From positions 124,001-188,000 of the IMG/VR virus record IMGVR_UViG_3300023313_000001: DNA of 64,000 nt; one strand, written 5' to 3'. This document shows, in pieces, positions 1-11,392 of this stretch; position 1 is the first letter of the stretch, and each line of letters starts with the position of its first letter. A program made the translations under genes and the position numbers. The notes under the pieces are model-generated. The model searched no databases. It had not been told where the DNA came from and was given only the letters and a program-made list of their open reading frames with translations.

Positions 1-3000
1 GCCCAAAAGAAATAGGTAATGTCAGTATCAATACCATTTGTAGATATACGATTCTGTTGAGCATATCTGTAATCATATTTATATTGCACGTTTATAGTGA
101 GATCATCTTTGACTAACGGATCAAAAGCTAACTCATCTGTGGTAGGGATGTGTGACGGCAATATAATTGTTATAGTGTCAGCTTCCACAAAATCTATTGG
201 AATTATTATAGATCCAACGTTGACCACAGTGTAACTATGGAATAAGCCATTTCGGTAGATAGTGACAGTTTGACCATTTGAAATAGTTGGGGGCATTGTA
301 ATAGTCGTACCAGTAGATGTAGCAATATCTACTGTTAATATTACATCTTCAACTTCAGTCCATGGAGTATCAAACAATCCACTACCTCCTACACTCTGAT
401 CGCGTAATCTGGTGTACAGAGTACGTTTTGGAATGCCAGATATAGTTTTTCCACCTTGTTGTTGAGCTATAGTGTAAGTTTCATATGCAGATGGATGTAC
501 TGGTGATTCCACCCATTCGTACAAATTGATAGTACTCCAATCAGCTAACTTGCCCCAGGTGTTTATTCGGTGATCCACCTCTGGAATAATAGACTGGTCG
601 TAATAGTGGGTGTACCCTAATTTAGATGTATCCCACCAAACTTTCCCAACGTATGGTTGAAGCCATGCAGCGTTTCTGTCTACTTTAAACATGGTGAGGT
701 TATCCGTATAAAATGCTGGGTCATCCCCTTGATGAGTTACTATGGACTCAGCCGTGTGGTAATGATGACCTCGTGCAGGATCCCATACTGGAATATTTTT
801 CACATTGGTGTCAGATTTATAATCTATTAACTTGACTGGATTCAGCTTTGTTTTCGCTGGATTTAAACAATATGCAGTGTACGCTATCGACCCAGATATA
901 GGATTATCACTGAAGTGTATTATAGTTGAATTAACTCGTCTGTAATGAATTCCTTCTCGTAGAGTAGCGTTGCGAATACTAACATTAACAATATCCCCTA
1001 CCTGGGTATTGTTTAGAGTTATAGATAATCCGTCTAGTGACTCTTCGAAGTCGGTAGACGGTGTTCCGTTTACGTTAACTAACACACTATTTGCCCGTGT
1101 GATGATTGGTAGATTAAAGAATACAGTAAATGAACTAGATCCATTTGAAATATACTGAAGGGTATGGTTAGGTTGACTTGCAACAATGGTTGTAGCATCA
1201 CAAATCGTTGGAAGCTTTATATATCCTCCTCCAACTTCAACGTCAGTGAAGCTTATTGTGTCTGTTACTTCTGCATCAAAGAACAAGTTTGGTTCGTTAG
1301 TAAATATTTCACTAAGTTGGCCTGGTTGATTATACCATCTAGTATCGTCGGTCAGTTCAATCCGAATAAAGTTTGGTGGTGTTGGATCATCTGTTCCAAA
1401 ATGTAACATTAACTTGTCAGTCTGGGTGTCTGTGGATTGGAGCTTGATTTCTGGATACACTTGCGGTCTCGAATCACCATACTCAGCTAATTTGTATGCC
1501 CAAAATTCATCTACATTTGCATCAATGAATTGTCTAGAATTTATGAAAGCTTTTACCGCATTGGTAGATCCTTTTTGCTGGATTGCTCCTCTATAGAACA
1601 ATAGCTGGGATTTAGACGTGATTCCCATATTATCAAGGTAGTCCTTATGCTCAAATCCGATCAGTTTGCGTGCAGCAGATATCGCAGCAGAATCTTCATT
1701 TGCTACGTTAGTGTCAAAAAACATTTGAAGCTCATTCACTGCAGCCTCCATATTCTGATACATGTTATCACCTAACAAATAGTGGCCTCCTATGTTTGGT
1801 CGAAATGTTTGAGCAGACTGGCGTCTGAAATTGACACTAAGTCTATTAATGGATGATCCTAAAAATTCGTCAAATAATAGATTCCCTTCCACCGTGCGGG
1901 TGGATAACAGTATCGCATGCTCATACCCGTCTACGAATACATGCATGCCACCAATGTGGAGATTGTCTCTAGTAGATGTGGAAACAATAACATCGTTTGG
2001 TATTGTGGAATCCATTATAACTCTGCTAGAGGTATCCCCACGAAACACCTTAACGTGGTGTGGACTTACTGGTCTACCATATTGATCGTAGATTCCTTGT
2101 TGGTTACGGATATCAATGAACGGCCCCGTATGTAAGTCTGCTATAACTCCTATAGTGTGGTCATAATTAACCAAATTACGAAACGGGTTAACTTCGTGGA
2201 ATGTGGCTGGAGTTGGTACGTCAACTCTATACCCACCAATACTGTGGGTGCCTTGCCCTGAAGTTAGTATTTGTATTGGTGTTCCACCCACAGTAGATGC
2301 CAGTTGCAACGTAGATCCAACTACATTAACAACATAGTATACCCCATCTGCAGTAAATGGAGCTGGGAGTGTTCCAGTTGTAGATAGTTGAACTTCTGAT
2401 CCTAAGCTTAATGCCAATGGTTTTGTTCCAGTGATCATAAAGTTATCATTAATAGTATCGGCAAAAACATAATTCCATAATCCTAGAAATTCTACAGGAA
2501 GTTGATCAGACGCCATGCCTACATATAGTTGATCGATAAGTCTTTCAGTCTCCAACTGCCAGTTAATTGTACGACCATATTCTGTATCGATTTCACTGTA
2601 TTGAATTGTGTTGAAGTTAAACCCATGATCCTCTAAATATGATGTGTACCCATCTATAAGATTAATTACTCCTTGGATTCCGGCATAATCAGATCCTAAC
2701 GATGACACTATACTATTTGGAATAAATTCCAACACGTTAGTTTTATCTATTTCATAATGGTTCCATATATCATTGGTGTTTGATCCATTTAACGCTTTGA
2801 ACGATCCTTTAATTGTGGATGAATTTACTGAATATAATTTGATGGATTCCGTAGATGGATTGGGTGTTGTTATGCGAAAATCCCAATCGTTACCTTGGTT
2901 CACTGGAATTCTAACACCATTGTGTCGAAGGTTTGTTCCTACAGCACTAATTACCACGTTAAGTGCGTCAATGTAGCTGTCTTGTAGTCCAGGGGTACGT

Positions 3001-6000
3001 TTAGTTAGTACTGTGATATCCGACTCGTCTAATATGGACGAGTCTGTGGATATACTAATTACATTAGTATCAATGAATGCCCCAGATTGATATGCTAGTC
3101 TAGGTGTCCAGCTTTTCCACAATGTCTTAAAATCAGATGTGTTGGAGTCTAATGAGTTGAATCGTAAGTGTTCAATGTACCATTGATTAATACCATTAAC
3201 TTGTACTGGCTGACCATTTACTATGTCTCCGTGGAAAATAGTATCTCGGTGAGATGGTATTTTATTGGTGTCTGTATCAACAATCAGACCATCAATAGTT
3301 AATAAATTATTTCCCATTGCATAAAAAACAAAACGCATTGGTTGAGTTATGTATGCAATCTCAGCTAAATTATATCGATACAATATCGATCTACGCCAAG
3401 CATCTTCGGTTGGTCCATTGTCTCCAAACAAATATGGATCGTCTGCTGTGCTAGCTAGTGGAGCGTTGATCAACATAATTCCAGATTGTGCTGCAATAGC
3501 ATCATCTGCAACGATGGACGAGTTGTAATATGGAGGAAATAGATCGTCTGGACCGTATCCACCTTCGACTGTGGTATTATCAGTTACATTTACAGATAAT
3601 GCATTATATGTAGTTGCTTCTCCAGCAACTCCAGTGCTAATTAATCCATTAGGTAATTGTTTTCCTACGGGAACAATACCACTGGCGATAGTATTCCACA
3701 TCAACAATGACCAACGTCGGGTGGTTCCAGCGTATGTCAGACTCCACCAGGATGGTTCCACAGTATACCCCTGCAATACCCATGGTTCGAGATGTGGAAT
3801 TCTTGTGTTGTAAACGCCTTCGTATATGTCATACCATCGTGATGGAGGATTACTAATCCATTCTGTAGGAGTGTTTCCTGCGGCAATGTCATAGTCTACA
3901 ATATCCACTGATTTATAATTCCACGTGAAGGCATTGGTTGGGTCATAGTCTGATGCTAATGGGTTTACTATATGATATCGTTTTGCAAATTTTACAAATT
4001 GTTTAGTTTCATTTATAGCGAATTCACTATCAGAAGTTACCTGAGCGATATCATAGTTTAGTCCGGAAGGTACATTAGAATACAATCTGTTTTCCACTTC
4101 CAATAGTACATTTGCGTGGATTGTAGATAAGTCAATTAACATCCAAGCAGCTTCCTGGTCGACTGATACAACATATGTTCCAGCTATTTGTTCAAATAGC
4201 TGGTTTGTTGTTGTATTGTACCAAAAAACCCCGTCTGATGGATTAGTTGGAGCAGAACTACCTACACTAATCACATTGTATTTAAATAGCTCATTAGTAT
4301 CTGAAGAATAGTACATCCATCCTTTGGTAGCAGTTAACGGACGGGATGCTCTTGTGCCAGATGATGTGTTGGGTTGTTTGAGTATGGCTCCAATCATCTG
4401 ACGTTCAATAGTGTTTTCAAATTGTGGATTGGAAACATGTCCATCGTGGTGCCGAAGCTCAATTAACCCAATGCTTGAATCCACAACTAGTTTCGGTTCG
4501 ACTGCGTTTGTCAATTTAACATATGGTAACGTAGGAACCCAGTTACGTATACCCTTCCCAGTTAGTTCGTTATATGTTGTGCTGTCTCCAAATACATTGT
4601 CTCTAGCTCCATTAATCTCAAATCTACTAATAATGTGGTCGTTGATTGTGGATTGTAAATTCACTACAGAGCTGTCTGAAGTACTAGTGACTAATGTGAC
4701 CACATCCTCTTCAAAATAATCTCGCAGTATGTTCAATTGGTTGTCATACCTAATCATAGCAAATTCTAGTAACGTAGCTATAGTGACATTATCTACAAAC
4801 GTTGATGATATTAATGTATCAAATCCGTCATTATATTCCTTGATAAATCCACCCAACCCGTAATTCGGATTTAGTAATAATCGCCACCTGGTCTGTTCAT
4901 CATCGTTGAACCCTGGAGGACTAACTTGAGCTGATATTACCGATTTGAAGTGCTGATATAAGTCAACGCTGGTTAGTACACGGCGATTATCATGTTCGAG
5001 ATTATGGAACATTTGATCAGGAACTTCCCAGTCACCTGTGGGGTCACCCTGGGGAACCGTGTTACGATTTTTGTCTACATATTGTGGAACGTACTCTTCA
5101 TTATTGTTGCCATGGCGCCATATAGTATGCAATGTTGGAGTAGCATCTGTAGATTCGTCAAATTCACTATACGCAAACATCCCGTTAGTTGAAGAGTCTA
5201 ATAGTAGCTGCTCATAACTGAATACTGTACCAGACGATACTATTCGTTTATTAACTACAGAGTTCACTGGATAGGATGATGATTCCAAGAACTTCCACAA
5301 CGGAGTTGCTAGGTAACTTGTAGTTCCATCTAGGTTGTACATATTGAACAGTGGATATTGATTTGTAGTAGTTTTTTGTTGCTCCACTAATCTATAATTC
5401 ACTAAAGACTGGTATGTTGGAACGTATCCATCCACCGTCGAAGTTCGCAATTGGACTGATGCACGTCGTGCATCGGATTGTGCTGCTGGTCCCACTTCCA
5501 CTACAATTGTACCATATCCTATTCCTTCATAGAACACTATTGCATTCCCAGATACAACTTCATGATAAGTACCGTATTGACGCACACCATTTACATATAC
5601 CCTCAGCTCATTTGTGCCAACACTATAGGTTAAAGTTGATAAATTATATGTTAATGTTGTAGGACCTGTAGCTTCAAACGTTTCAGTTTCTGAAAGATAT
5701 AGCGGGTTGCCAGGTACTAGTGTATTATTAAGAGGTTGGTCGTTTACTGGAACGGCAGGATTGTTCCCATTGTATACCCAATGGTGGAAGAATCCTTTCC
5801 AGTCGTCCCCTCGAGAAGTATATCGTATTCCATGAATTCTTGTGTGATTGAATAATGCATCGCTCGGTAATGGAGCATCTAAAGTTGCAGTAATAACATT
5901 TCCGGATTGGGATATATTAACGATGGTGTAATATTGGAATGTTAACGTATTAACAAACTCAATGCTAATAGCTGCACCTATAACGAGATCCACAGACGCT

Positions 6001-7355
6001 GAAGGATATACACTAACGTCCACATCGAATGTATTATTCACCAAATCCAGTGCAGTGGTTGGGAACGTTTGATCCTCCGCTGCGAAAATCTCTTGGTCTG
6101 TGGGAGCATAGTCTACCACATTAAAAATATTGTCGTTCCCTTGATATATCCAATTATGTTGAGTATATGACCATTCGTTTAATTCAATAAATGGGCGGTA
6201 TTCCAGAATGGGTTGTTCTGCTTGTTTGATTAAACTTAGATTAACACCAGAAGGTATATCTGATATATGAGTCCAATGGTTCGATTTGGACCAAGGATCC
6301 TTCTGTAGTTGGAAGTTATACGGGTTTGGTATAGTTACTGAAGCAGTACCATCGTTCATATCCCAATTGCCGGTTACTTGAGGATCAATCCCAGTTAAGT
6401 CATATAAACTCACTGCAATTAACCCATCAGGGGAGTTGGGGTTAAGTCCACCCCCCATGACAAATACCTCTGTTTGATTTAAGACAGCATCGTACGTGGC
6501 TATTGCTACTTGATACAATCCGTTGTTATTTGTAGATTGAACTGCCTGAAAGGTGAATAGTGGAGTGATGTTGAACAACGCTACATAATTACCACTCAGT
6601 ATAAACGAGGATGACGTCATCGAAGATATTAATATTCCATCTAATGGACTGTCCCAGTCACCTTGAAATGTCGGATCCCACTGAAGTGCATCCCAACCGT
6701 CTGTATTGGTTTGATTTAAGGGATCACTTAACTGAATGTACTCTTTTTCCTCCACAATCAACACCAGTCCAGGATAGATTAACTCAATTTGTTGAGCTAA
6801 AGCGTCTTTGGACAGTCCAACTGGTTCTGCCATATATTGTAATACAAGGTCAGATAATCCTACGTTGTCGACGTATGCCTGATCGATTACCGTGCACAAT
6901 TGGTGCAACCGGTTACATATTGTGATATATTGTGGGGTGGTTTCACTCAACCAGTAATAATCTCGGTAGTTTACTGATTTATCAATATCTATAGGTGGAA
7001 TGAAATTAAATTCCAGAGCGTTGGCCCATTCGTTTACACGATCTCCGTTGACACCAAGTCTAACAGACTCTCTGATGATATCTTTAAATGATGATAGGTG
7101 ATCTACTGTTGCAATTTTATTATAAATTAACGGTTGCAGTTGGAACGCCTGACGGTGAGGATCGATTTCAGGTATTTGAGTTCCAGACCCCCCACTACCC
7201 ACAACCCCTACAATGTTGTCAATTTCGGGTTTAGTGAGGTATTTGTTAAACACATTATCAGCAAGTGCACGATTCACATCTGTTTGATAAACAGATGGTA
7301 ACATATCGAATATGTCTGTGAAAGGTTTAGAAAAGTCTGAATCTCTATTTGCCAT
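1..7355 (-). CDS. Giant baseplate wedge/structural protein (gp7-like position), >2450 aa, 3' end beyond the left edge
   Basis: ATG at 7355 (MANRDSDFSKPFTDIFDMLPSVYQT...FNFIPPIDIDKSVNYRDYYW). The same frame still reads as protein at the edge (...DTDITYFFW). It is absent from the ORF track, consistent with no in-frame stop in the window. Late promoter CATAAATA upstream; directly follows gp6. Confidence 0.8.
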   Translation of the reverse strand, partial: MANRDSDFSKPFTDIFDMLPSVYQTDVNRALADNVFNKYLTKPEIDNIVGVVGSGGSGTQIPEIDPHRQAFQLQPLIYNKIATVDHLSSFKDIIRESVRLGVNGDRVNEWANALEFNFIPPIDIDKSVNYRDYYWLSETTPQYITICNRLHQLCTVIDQAYVDNVGLSDLVLQYMAEPVGLSKDALAQQIELIYPGLVLIVEEKEYIQLSDPLNQTNTDGWDALQWDPTFQGDWDSPLDGILISSMTSSSFILSGNYVALFNITPLFTFQAVQSTNNNGLYQVAIATYDAVLNQTEVFVMGGGLNPNSPDGLIAVSLYDLTGIDPQVTGNWDMNDGTASVTIPNPYNFQLQKDPWSKSNHWTHISDIPSGVNLSLIKQAEQPILEYRPFIELNEWSYTQHNWIYQGNDNIFNVVDYAPTDQEIFAAEDQTFPTTALDLVNNTFDVDVSVYPSASVDLVIGAAISIEFVNTLTFQYYTIVNISQSGNVITATLDAPLPSDALFNHTRIHGIRYTSRGDDWKGFFHHWVYNGNNPAVPVNDQPLNNTLVPGNPLYLSETETFEATGPTTLTYNLSTLTYSVGTNELRVYVNGVRQYGTYHEVVSGNAIVFYEGIGYGTIVVEVGPAAQSDARRASVQLRTSTVDGYVPTYQSLVNYRLVEQQKTTTNQYPLFNMYNLDGTTSYLATPLWKFLESSSYPVNSVVNKRIVSSGTVFSYEQLLLDSSTNGMFAYSEFDESTDATPTLHTIWRHGNNNEEYVPQYVDKNRNTVPQGDPTGDWEVPDQMFHNLEHDNRRVLTSVDLYQHFKSVISAQVSPPGFNDDEQTRWRLLLNPNYGLGGFIKEYNDGFDTLISSTFVDNVTIATLLEFAMIRYDNQLNILRDYFEEDVVTLVTSTSDSSVVNLQSTINDHIISRFEINGARDNVFGDSTTYNELTGKGIRNWVPTLPYVKLTNAVEPKLVVDSSIGLIELRHHDGHVSNPQFENTIERQMIGAILKQPNTSSGTRASRPLTATKGWMYYSSDTNELFKYNVISVGSSAPTNPSDGVFWYNTTTNQLFEQIAGTYVVSVDQEAAWMLIDLSTIHANVLLEVENRLYSNVPSGLNYDIAQVTSDSEFAINETKQFVKFAKRYHIVNPLASDYDPTNAFTWNYKSVDIVDYDIAAGNTPTEWISNPPSRWYDIYEGVYNTRIPHLEPWVLQGYTVEPSWWSLTYAGTTRRWSLLMWNTIASGIVPVGKQLPNGLISTGVAGEATTYNALSVNVTDNTTVEGGYGPDDLFPPYYNSSIVADDAIAAQSGIMLINAPLASTADDPYLFGDNGPTEDAWRRSILYRYNLAEIAYITQPMRFVFYAMGNNLLTIDGLIVDTDTNKIPSHRDTIFHGDIVNGQPVQVNGINQWYIEHLRFNSLDSNTSDFKTLWKSWTPRLAYQSGAFIDTNVISISTDSSILDESDITVLTKRTPGLQDSYIDALNVVISAVGTNLRHNGVRIPVNQGNDWDFRITTPNPSTESIKLYSVNSSTIKGSFKALNGSNTNDIWNHYEIDKTNVLEFIPNSIVSSLGSDYAGIQGVINLIDGYTSYLEDHGFNFNTIQYSEIDTEYGRTINWQLETERLIDQLYVGMASDQLPVEFLGLWNYVFADTINDNFMITGTKPLALSLGSEVQLSTTGTLPAPFTADGVYYVVNVVGSTLQLASTVGGTPIQILTSGQGTHSIGGYRVDVPTPATFHEVNPFRNLVNYDHTIGVIADLHTGPFIDIRNQQGIYDQYGRPVSPHHVKVFRGDTSSRVIMDSTIPNDVIVSTSTRDNLHIGGMHVFVDGYEHAILLSTRTVEGNLLFDEFLGSSINRLSVNFRRQSAQTFRPNIGGHYLLGDNMYQNMEAAVNELQMFFDTNVANEDSAAISAARKLIGFEHKDYLDNMGITSKSQLLFYRGAIQQKGSTNAVKAFINSRQFIDANVDEFWAYKLAEYGDSRPQVYPEIKLQSTDTQTDKLMLHFGTDDPTPPNFIRIELTDDTRWYNQPGQLSEIFTNEPNLFFDAEVTDTISFTDVEVGGGYIKLPTICDATTIVASQPNHTLQYISNGSSSFTVFFNLPIITRANSVLVNVNGTPSTDFEESLDGLSITLNNTQVGDIVNVSIRNATLREGIHYRRVNSTIIHFSDNPISGSIAYTAYCLNPAKTKLNPVKLIDYKSDTNVKNIPVWDPARGHHYHTAESIVTHQGDDPAFYTDNLTMFKVDRNAAWLQPYVGKVWWDTSKLGYTHYYDQSIIPEVDHRINTWGKLADWSTINLYEWVESPVHPSAYETYTIAQQQGGKTISGIPKRTLYTRLRDQSVGGSGLFDTPWTEVEDVILTVDIATSTGTTITMPPTISNGQTVTIYRNGLFHSYTVVNVGSIIIPIDFVEADTITIILPSHIPTTDELAFDPLVKDDLTINVQYKYDYRYAQQNRISTNGIDTDITYFFW

Positions 7356-7382
7356 GAAGTTAGTCCCTATACGTATAAAGTA

Positions 7383-7390
7383 TATTTATG
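7383..7390 (-). promoter_or_regulatory. gp55-type late promoter (CATAAATA)
   Basis: Near match to the T4 late consensus TATAAATA, ~28 nt upstream of ATG 7355. Confidence 0.7.
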
Positions 7391-7425
7391 AGAGGGAAAC
7401 TCTAAGAAATTACTGCAGAATTGCT

Positions 7426-7453
7426 AAGGTTGAGGGGTGCACCCCTCAACCTT
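7426..7453. repeat. Perfect 28-bp palindrome/hairpin directly after the gp6 stop
   Basis: AAGGTTGAGGGGTGCACCCCTCAACCTT is its own reverse complement; no U-tract follows on the minus strand. Confidence 0.8.
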
Positions 7454-10400
7454 TCATGCTTGTCTAATATTGATCGCGTTGAGAGCGTCGACAATCTCTA
7501 TATCACTAACAGAGATGTCCACCTGCATTATCTCATCCTCTTTGGCAAAAACTTGGTATAAGTCTCCAAAATTATGTTGAGCATGTAATGGAACTAATAC
7601 AGTTGAGGATATTTCAGACGGCAGTTTGGATTGAATTTTAGTGTCTAATTCAGTGTAGAAAAAGGTTTCTCCAAACTCCCATTGAGACACCTCGAAGAAT
7701 TTTCTCACAATATTCACTATTCGAATTTTCAGCTGGTTATCTGTTAAAATTCTATTTTCTGACCTGACTACCTTAATTTTAGCTCGTAGTTCGGGATTAG
7801 ATTTCTCACCAATCAATATTTTAAATAACCCAGGATGCATTATCACTGTATCTGATATCATTTTATTATCTAATAATGACGAGTATGCACTTCGTAATTC
7901 AAATGGTGTAGGAGCTGCAGGTTCATCAGTAATCTCTCCAGATAGCCATCTAGCATACTCTGAGTAATAACTTCGCGTAATAACAAACATGTCGTTTATA
8001 TTAGTCGGAGATGGGTCTACCAGATTATATTGATCGGTGTGATGTAGCCATAGAAAGTTCAAATCTGTGCGACCATGTTCTCTACGGTATAGAGTTTGAG
8101 TGGGATCTCCGTACCATAGTGATAATATTTCTGGGGTGGTACTGACAATTTTAAATTTGTCTATAATAGTGTCTCTATTAAAATACACGTACTGACGTAT
8201 AGATATTGTAACTTCGGTGCTTGGCCCAACTCCACCATTTACTACAGTAATGCTATTAGCAATTCTACCCTTAACGATAATGAGTCCAGAGGATTGTCCA
8301 GTTGGTGCAACTATGGATGTTTTAATATTAGATAATGTTCCTGTAGGATCAGCTACGCTAATATCAGTTTCGATAAAGATATGTGTTTGGCCGGTGGCAA
8401 AAGTGATGTTGTTGACACGATACAGTCCTCTGTGACCGAGTTCTGGAGTTAAGATTGCTTCGACTAAATCTCCTACAGAGATTTCGCTCAGATAATTACC
8501 TGTCACTATAATTTCATTAGTAACATTGTTGAAACTTGCTATAGATATGCCATCTTCGTGCCACAACACATCTCCTTGATTTCCGACAACCACAATATCC
8601 CCAAGTCCAGTGATATACTCGCTAGGTAGTGGTATTACTTGGGTATTAGTGGAGAAGTCTACGGTTAGGACAACACTGATTGTAGTATCTAGTATTGTGG
8701 GCAACGTGATATCATCTGGAATAGTGTCATTATTCACATCTTGAGTTATAGTGATCACCTTATTTAGATCAGGAAGTCCTGCATCAGGAAGACCAGATTC
8801 AACACGACCTATATCTACGATGTTTAAGTGGATGTGATCAGTCAATAATTTAGATGGATCGTTGCTAGCATTAGCTTTCAATATAACAATCTCATCTCCA
8901 TTAGTGTTTAAACTATCAAACGTTAATACTGGTTTAACATTATTCTCATTGTAGAACCGTGTTGTATCACTCTCGGCAATCATATTGGTGCCACGGTAGG
9001 TTACTGTAAAACTAGTACCATCTGTTGCACGGTCTATTAGAAATAACCAAGGAGTAGTACTAGATGCATTTTGTACTGGAATCCACTCATATGGGTTAAT
9101 CCCAGTAGATGGGGTGTATGTTAATCCTACTGGCCACGGATATACAGTAAAATTGAATACATCTATTATAGCTTGTGATTCTACAGCAGTAAACTCACGT
9201 CTGTACTGAATAGTTGGGTAATCAATTAAGTGTTTTATATAGAAATCTACTGTTGATAATAGTGGCTCAACATAATTTTGTAGCAGCACATCACTAGTGA
9301 TGGTGCCAGGAGTTGATATTAGAGCTTCAGTATCTTTAAAATAGACAGCCAGATCATCGCCAAATAGTTTAACATCCTGATATGTGCTACTAGAGTCTGT
9401 AATATTTTCATAATTAGACTCACCAGCAAATGTACGATTTACCGTTCGTAGTTTTAAAATAGACGGATCTTGAAGCGGGAAGGTGTTGTAATCTCTCCCA
9501 TTAACCATGCGATCTTGAGTGTAGTATACTGAAGATGCTATTCGTCGTATTTGTTCAATATCTTCAGACGGAGAGTTATTTTGCAAGGAAGACACTAATG
9601 AAAAAGTGAAATTGAATGTTTGAGTACGATTATTACGATCTAAATACGTAAATGACCCAGGCTTATCCACAACACCATTTTTAGGTATATAGATTTCAGC
9701 ATCAACCGACGTTCTGTACCATATGTCAAATGTGCCAGATGGAATGTTTGAAAACTCTCCATCACCAAATACTAACCGAATGTTATCATTCTCTAAGGTT
9801 TCTATTTCATACTTCCCACGGATAGGATTAGTATTAAATATGATGTTTTGTGCGTTGGATAAATCTACTTCTATCCATTCCCCAGATCGTCCTTTAGCAC
9901 TAGACCCGTCATCTAATGTATCTCCTGTATCTGGATCAATATTATTAATCCAAACATCTGTTTCATTGATATTATCAATGTTGATATCAAATGTTTGATT
10001 TGGAATAACTCCATCAAACGATGTTGTAGTTTTTTGTAGGGTTCCTTGTTTGGTGTATAAAAAGAATCCTGTGGTAGATGATCCATCACCCAATCCATCT
10101 GAGCCATATAATATATTAAAAGCACCATTATTCTGTGGTCTAACTTCCTGAGGACCAAACTCTGTTAACGTGGATGATACTAATTCCATATTATAGTTAG
10201 TGTCAGAAATAGCTGTTTGGTATGATATAGTATTTTGTGCTATCGGTTGATTTATTAACGGATACAATTCGAACAAGATATCATTGACTTGTACTCGCTC
10301 ATTTGAGGATACAGTTCCAAAATCTTGCTCCAGTACTCTATTCATTATGAGAAAGAATTGATCCTTCCAATCAGAATTTGAAGTATCATTCCATTTGATA

Positions 10401-10807
10401 GTGCGATTACTTAGATTAACACCTTTAGAGTCAAAAATAGTCTCTGATGTAGTAATAGTGTCTAATCGTACTAGCCCTCTGGCTGGAACATTACGAGATG
10501 CTTTATATGATATAAATTTAGCTAAACGGAGCACTGATTGTTTACGTTCAGCAAAGTCCATGATGTTTTCATGAGCATTGATGTCATACCTATATGCAAG
10601 CAATTCACCTAGATATGCAAATAACTCAATAAGCGCAATAAATTCAGAACTCTCGATAAAATCATTGAAAGACTCAGGAAAATATACCTTAATATATTCA
10701 ATCATACTCTGTTTGATTGAGTAAAAATCAAATGCGTTGAAGTTTATATTTTGAAACGCCTCATACGTAACTTCAAATCCTTCTGCTTTAGATATCAATC
10801 TTGACAT
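7454..10807 (-). CDS. gp6: Baseplate wedge subunit, gp6-like (1117 aa)
   Basis: DFYSIKQSMIEYIK...FNDFIESSEFIALIELFAY...AERKQSVLRLAKFISY; LVFGDGEFSNIP; EDIEQIRRIASSVYYTQDRMVNGRDY. Confidence 0.85.
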   Translation of the reverse strand: MSRLISKAEGFEVTYEAFQNINFNAFDFYSIKQSMIEYIKVYFPESFNDFIESSEFIALIELFAYLGELLAYRYDINAHENIMDFAERKQSVLRLAKFISYKASRNVPARGLVRLDTITTSETIFDSKGVNLSNRTIKWNDTSNSDWKDQFFLIMNRVLEQDFGTVSSNERVQVNDILFELYPLINQPIAQNTISYQTAISDTNYNMELVSSTLTEFGPQEVRPQNNGAFNILYGSDGLGDGSSTTGFFLYTKQGTLQKTTTSFDGVIPNQTFDINIDNINETDVWINNIDPDTGDTLDDGSSAKGRSGEWIEVDLSNAQNIIFNTNPIRGKYEIETLENDNIRLVFGDGEFSNIPSGTFDIWYRTSVDAEIYIPKNGVVDKPGSFTYLDRNNRTQTFNFTFSLVSSLQNNSPSEDIEQIRRIASSVYYTQDRMVNGRDYNTFPLQDPSILKLRTVNRTFAGESNYENITDSSSTYQDVKLFGDDLAVYFKDTEALISTPGTITSDVLLQNYVEPLLSTVDFYIKHLIDYPTIQYRREFTAVESQAIIDVFNFTVYPWPVGLTYTPSTGINPYEWIPVQNASSTTPWLFLIDRATDGTSFTVTYRGTNMIAESDTTRFYNENNVKPVLTFDSLNTNGDEIVILKANASNDPSKLLTDHIHLNIVDIGRVESGLPDAGLPDLNKVITITQDVNNDTIPDDITLPTILDTTISVVLTVDFSTNTQVIPLPSEYITGLGDIVVVGNQGDVLWHEDGISIASFNNVTNEIIVTGNYLSEISVGDLVEAILTPELGHRGLYRVNNITFATGQTHIFIETDISVADPTGTLSNIKTSIVAPTGQSSGLIIVKGRIANSITVVNGGVGPSTEVTISIRQYVYFNRDTIIDKFKIVSTTPEILSLWYGDPTQTLYRREHGRTDLNFLWLHHTDQYNLVDPSPTNINDMFVITRSYYSEYARWLSGEITDEPAAPTPFELRSAYSSLLDNKMISDTVIMHPGLFKILIGEKSNPELRAKIKVVRSENRILTDNQLKIRIVNIVRKFFEVSQWEFGETFFYTELDTKIQSKLPSEISSTVLVPLHAQHNFGDLYQVFAKEDEIMQVDISVSDIEIVDALNAINIRQA

Positions 10808-10919
10808 GTTGTGTTGTCCTCGTAATACATTGTAAGTTTATTTGACCCTTAATCCCACAGGTGCACAATACACATGTATTATTGAATCATGGTTTAAGTA
10901 TTCAATCTGTCGATTGATA

Positions 10920-10927
10920 TATTTATG
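10920..10927 (-). promoter_or_regulatory. Late promoter (CATAAATA) upstream of gp6
   Basis: Motif in the gp25-gp6 intergenic gap. Confidence 0.55.
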
Positions 10928-10978
10928 TCCAGTGTGGATCTTATGTATTCACCCATTTCACCGGAACATAGTGTGGTG

Positions 10979-11362
10979 CTATCCGTTTCCCGTCTCTAAA
11001 TTGATCACAAAGCTTAAATCATTTACTATGTTTAATTCAATATATCTTAGCGTTACTGTTGCAATAATAGAGTTTTGATCATATGCAGGTACCACACTTA
11101 TTTTAATTTTTTCAACTCTAGGATCGTAGTCAATTACACGATCTAATTCGTCATGAATGTCTTCTACAAGTTCTACTGTGAGTGGCTCAAACGCCTTATT
11201 TGGAATATCTGTTCCCCATCCAGGCATCATTACGCGTTCATCTGTTTCAGTGTATATGTGGCTTAGTATATCTAGGTTAACTAAATCTTGGTTCGTAACA
11301 CTAAATGTCCCACCAAGAGTATTATAGTTGTGGGTGGAATACCCTTTATAGATTATGTCCAT
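10979..11362 (-). CDS. gp25: Baseplate wedge/sheath initiator, gp25-like
   Basis: YKGYST...DLVNLDILSHIYT..DERVMMPGWGT.I...FEPL...VIDYDPRV. Confidence 0.88.
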   Translation of the reverse strand: MDIIYKGYSTHNYNTLGGTFSVTNQDLVNLDILSHIYTETDERVMMPGWGTDIPNKAFEPLTVELVEDIHDELDRVIDYDPRVEKIKISVVPAYDQNSIIATVTLRYIELNIVNDLSFVINLETGNG

Positions 11363-11392
11363 TGGTTGGTGCCTCCAGTTGGTTATTTACAA

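Noticed and set aside
970-6925. Short plus-strand ORFs in the ORF track
   Set aside because: Antisense shadows of the giant minus-strand gene; no RBS or recognisable motifs
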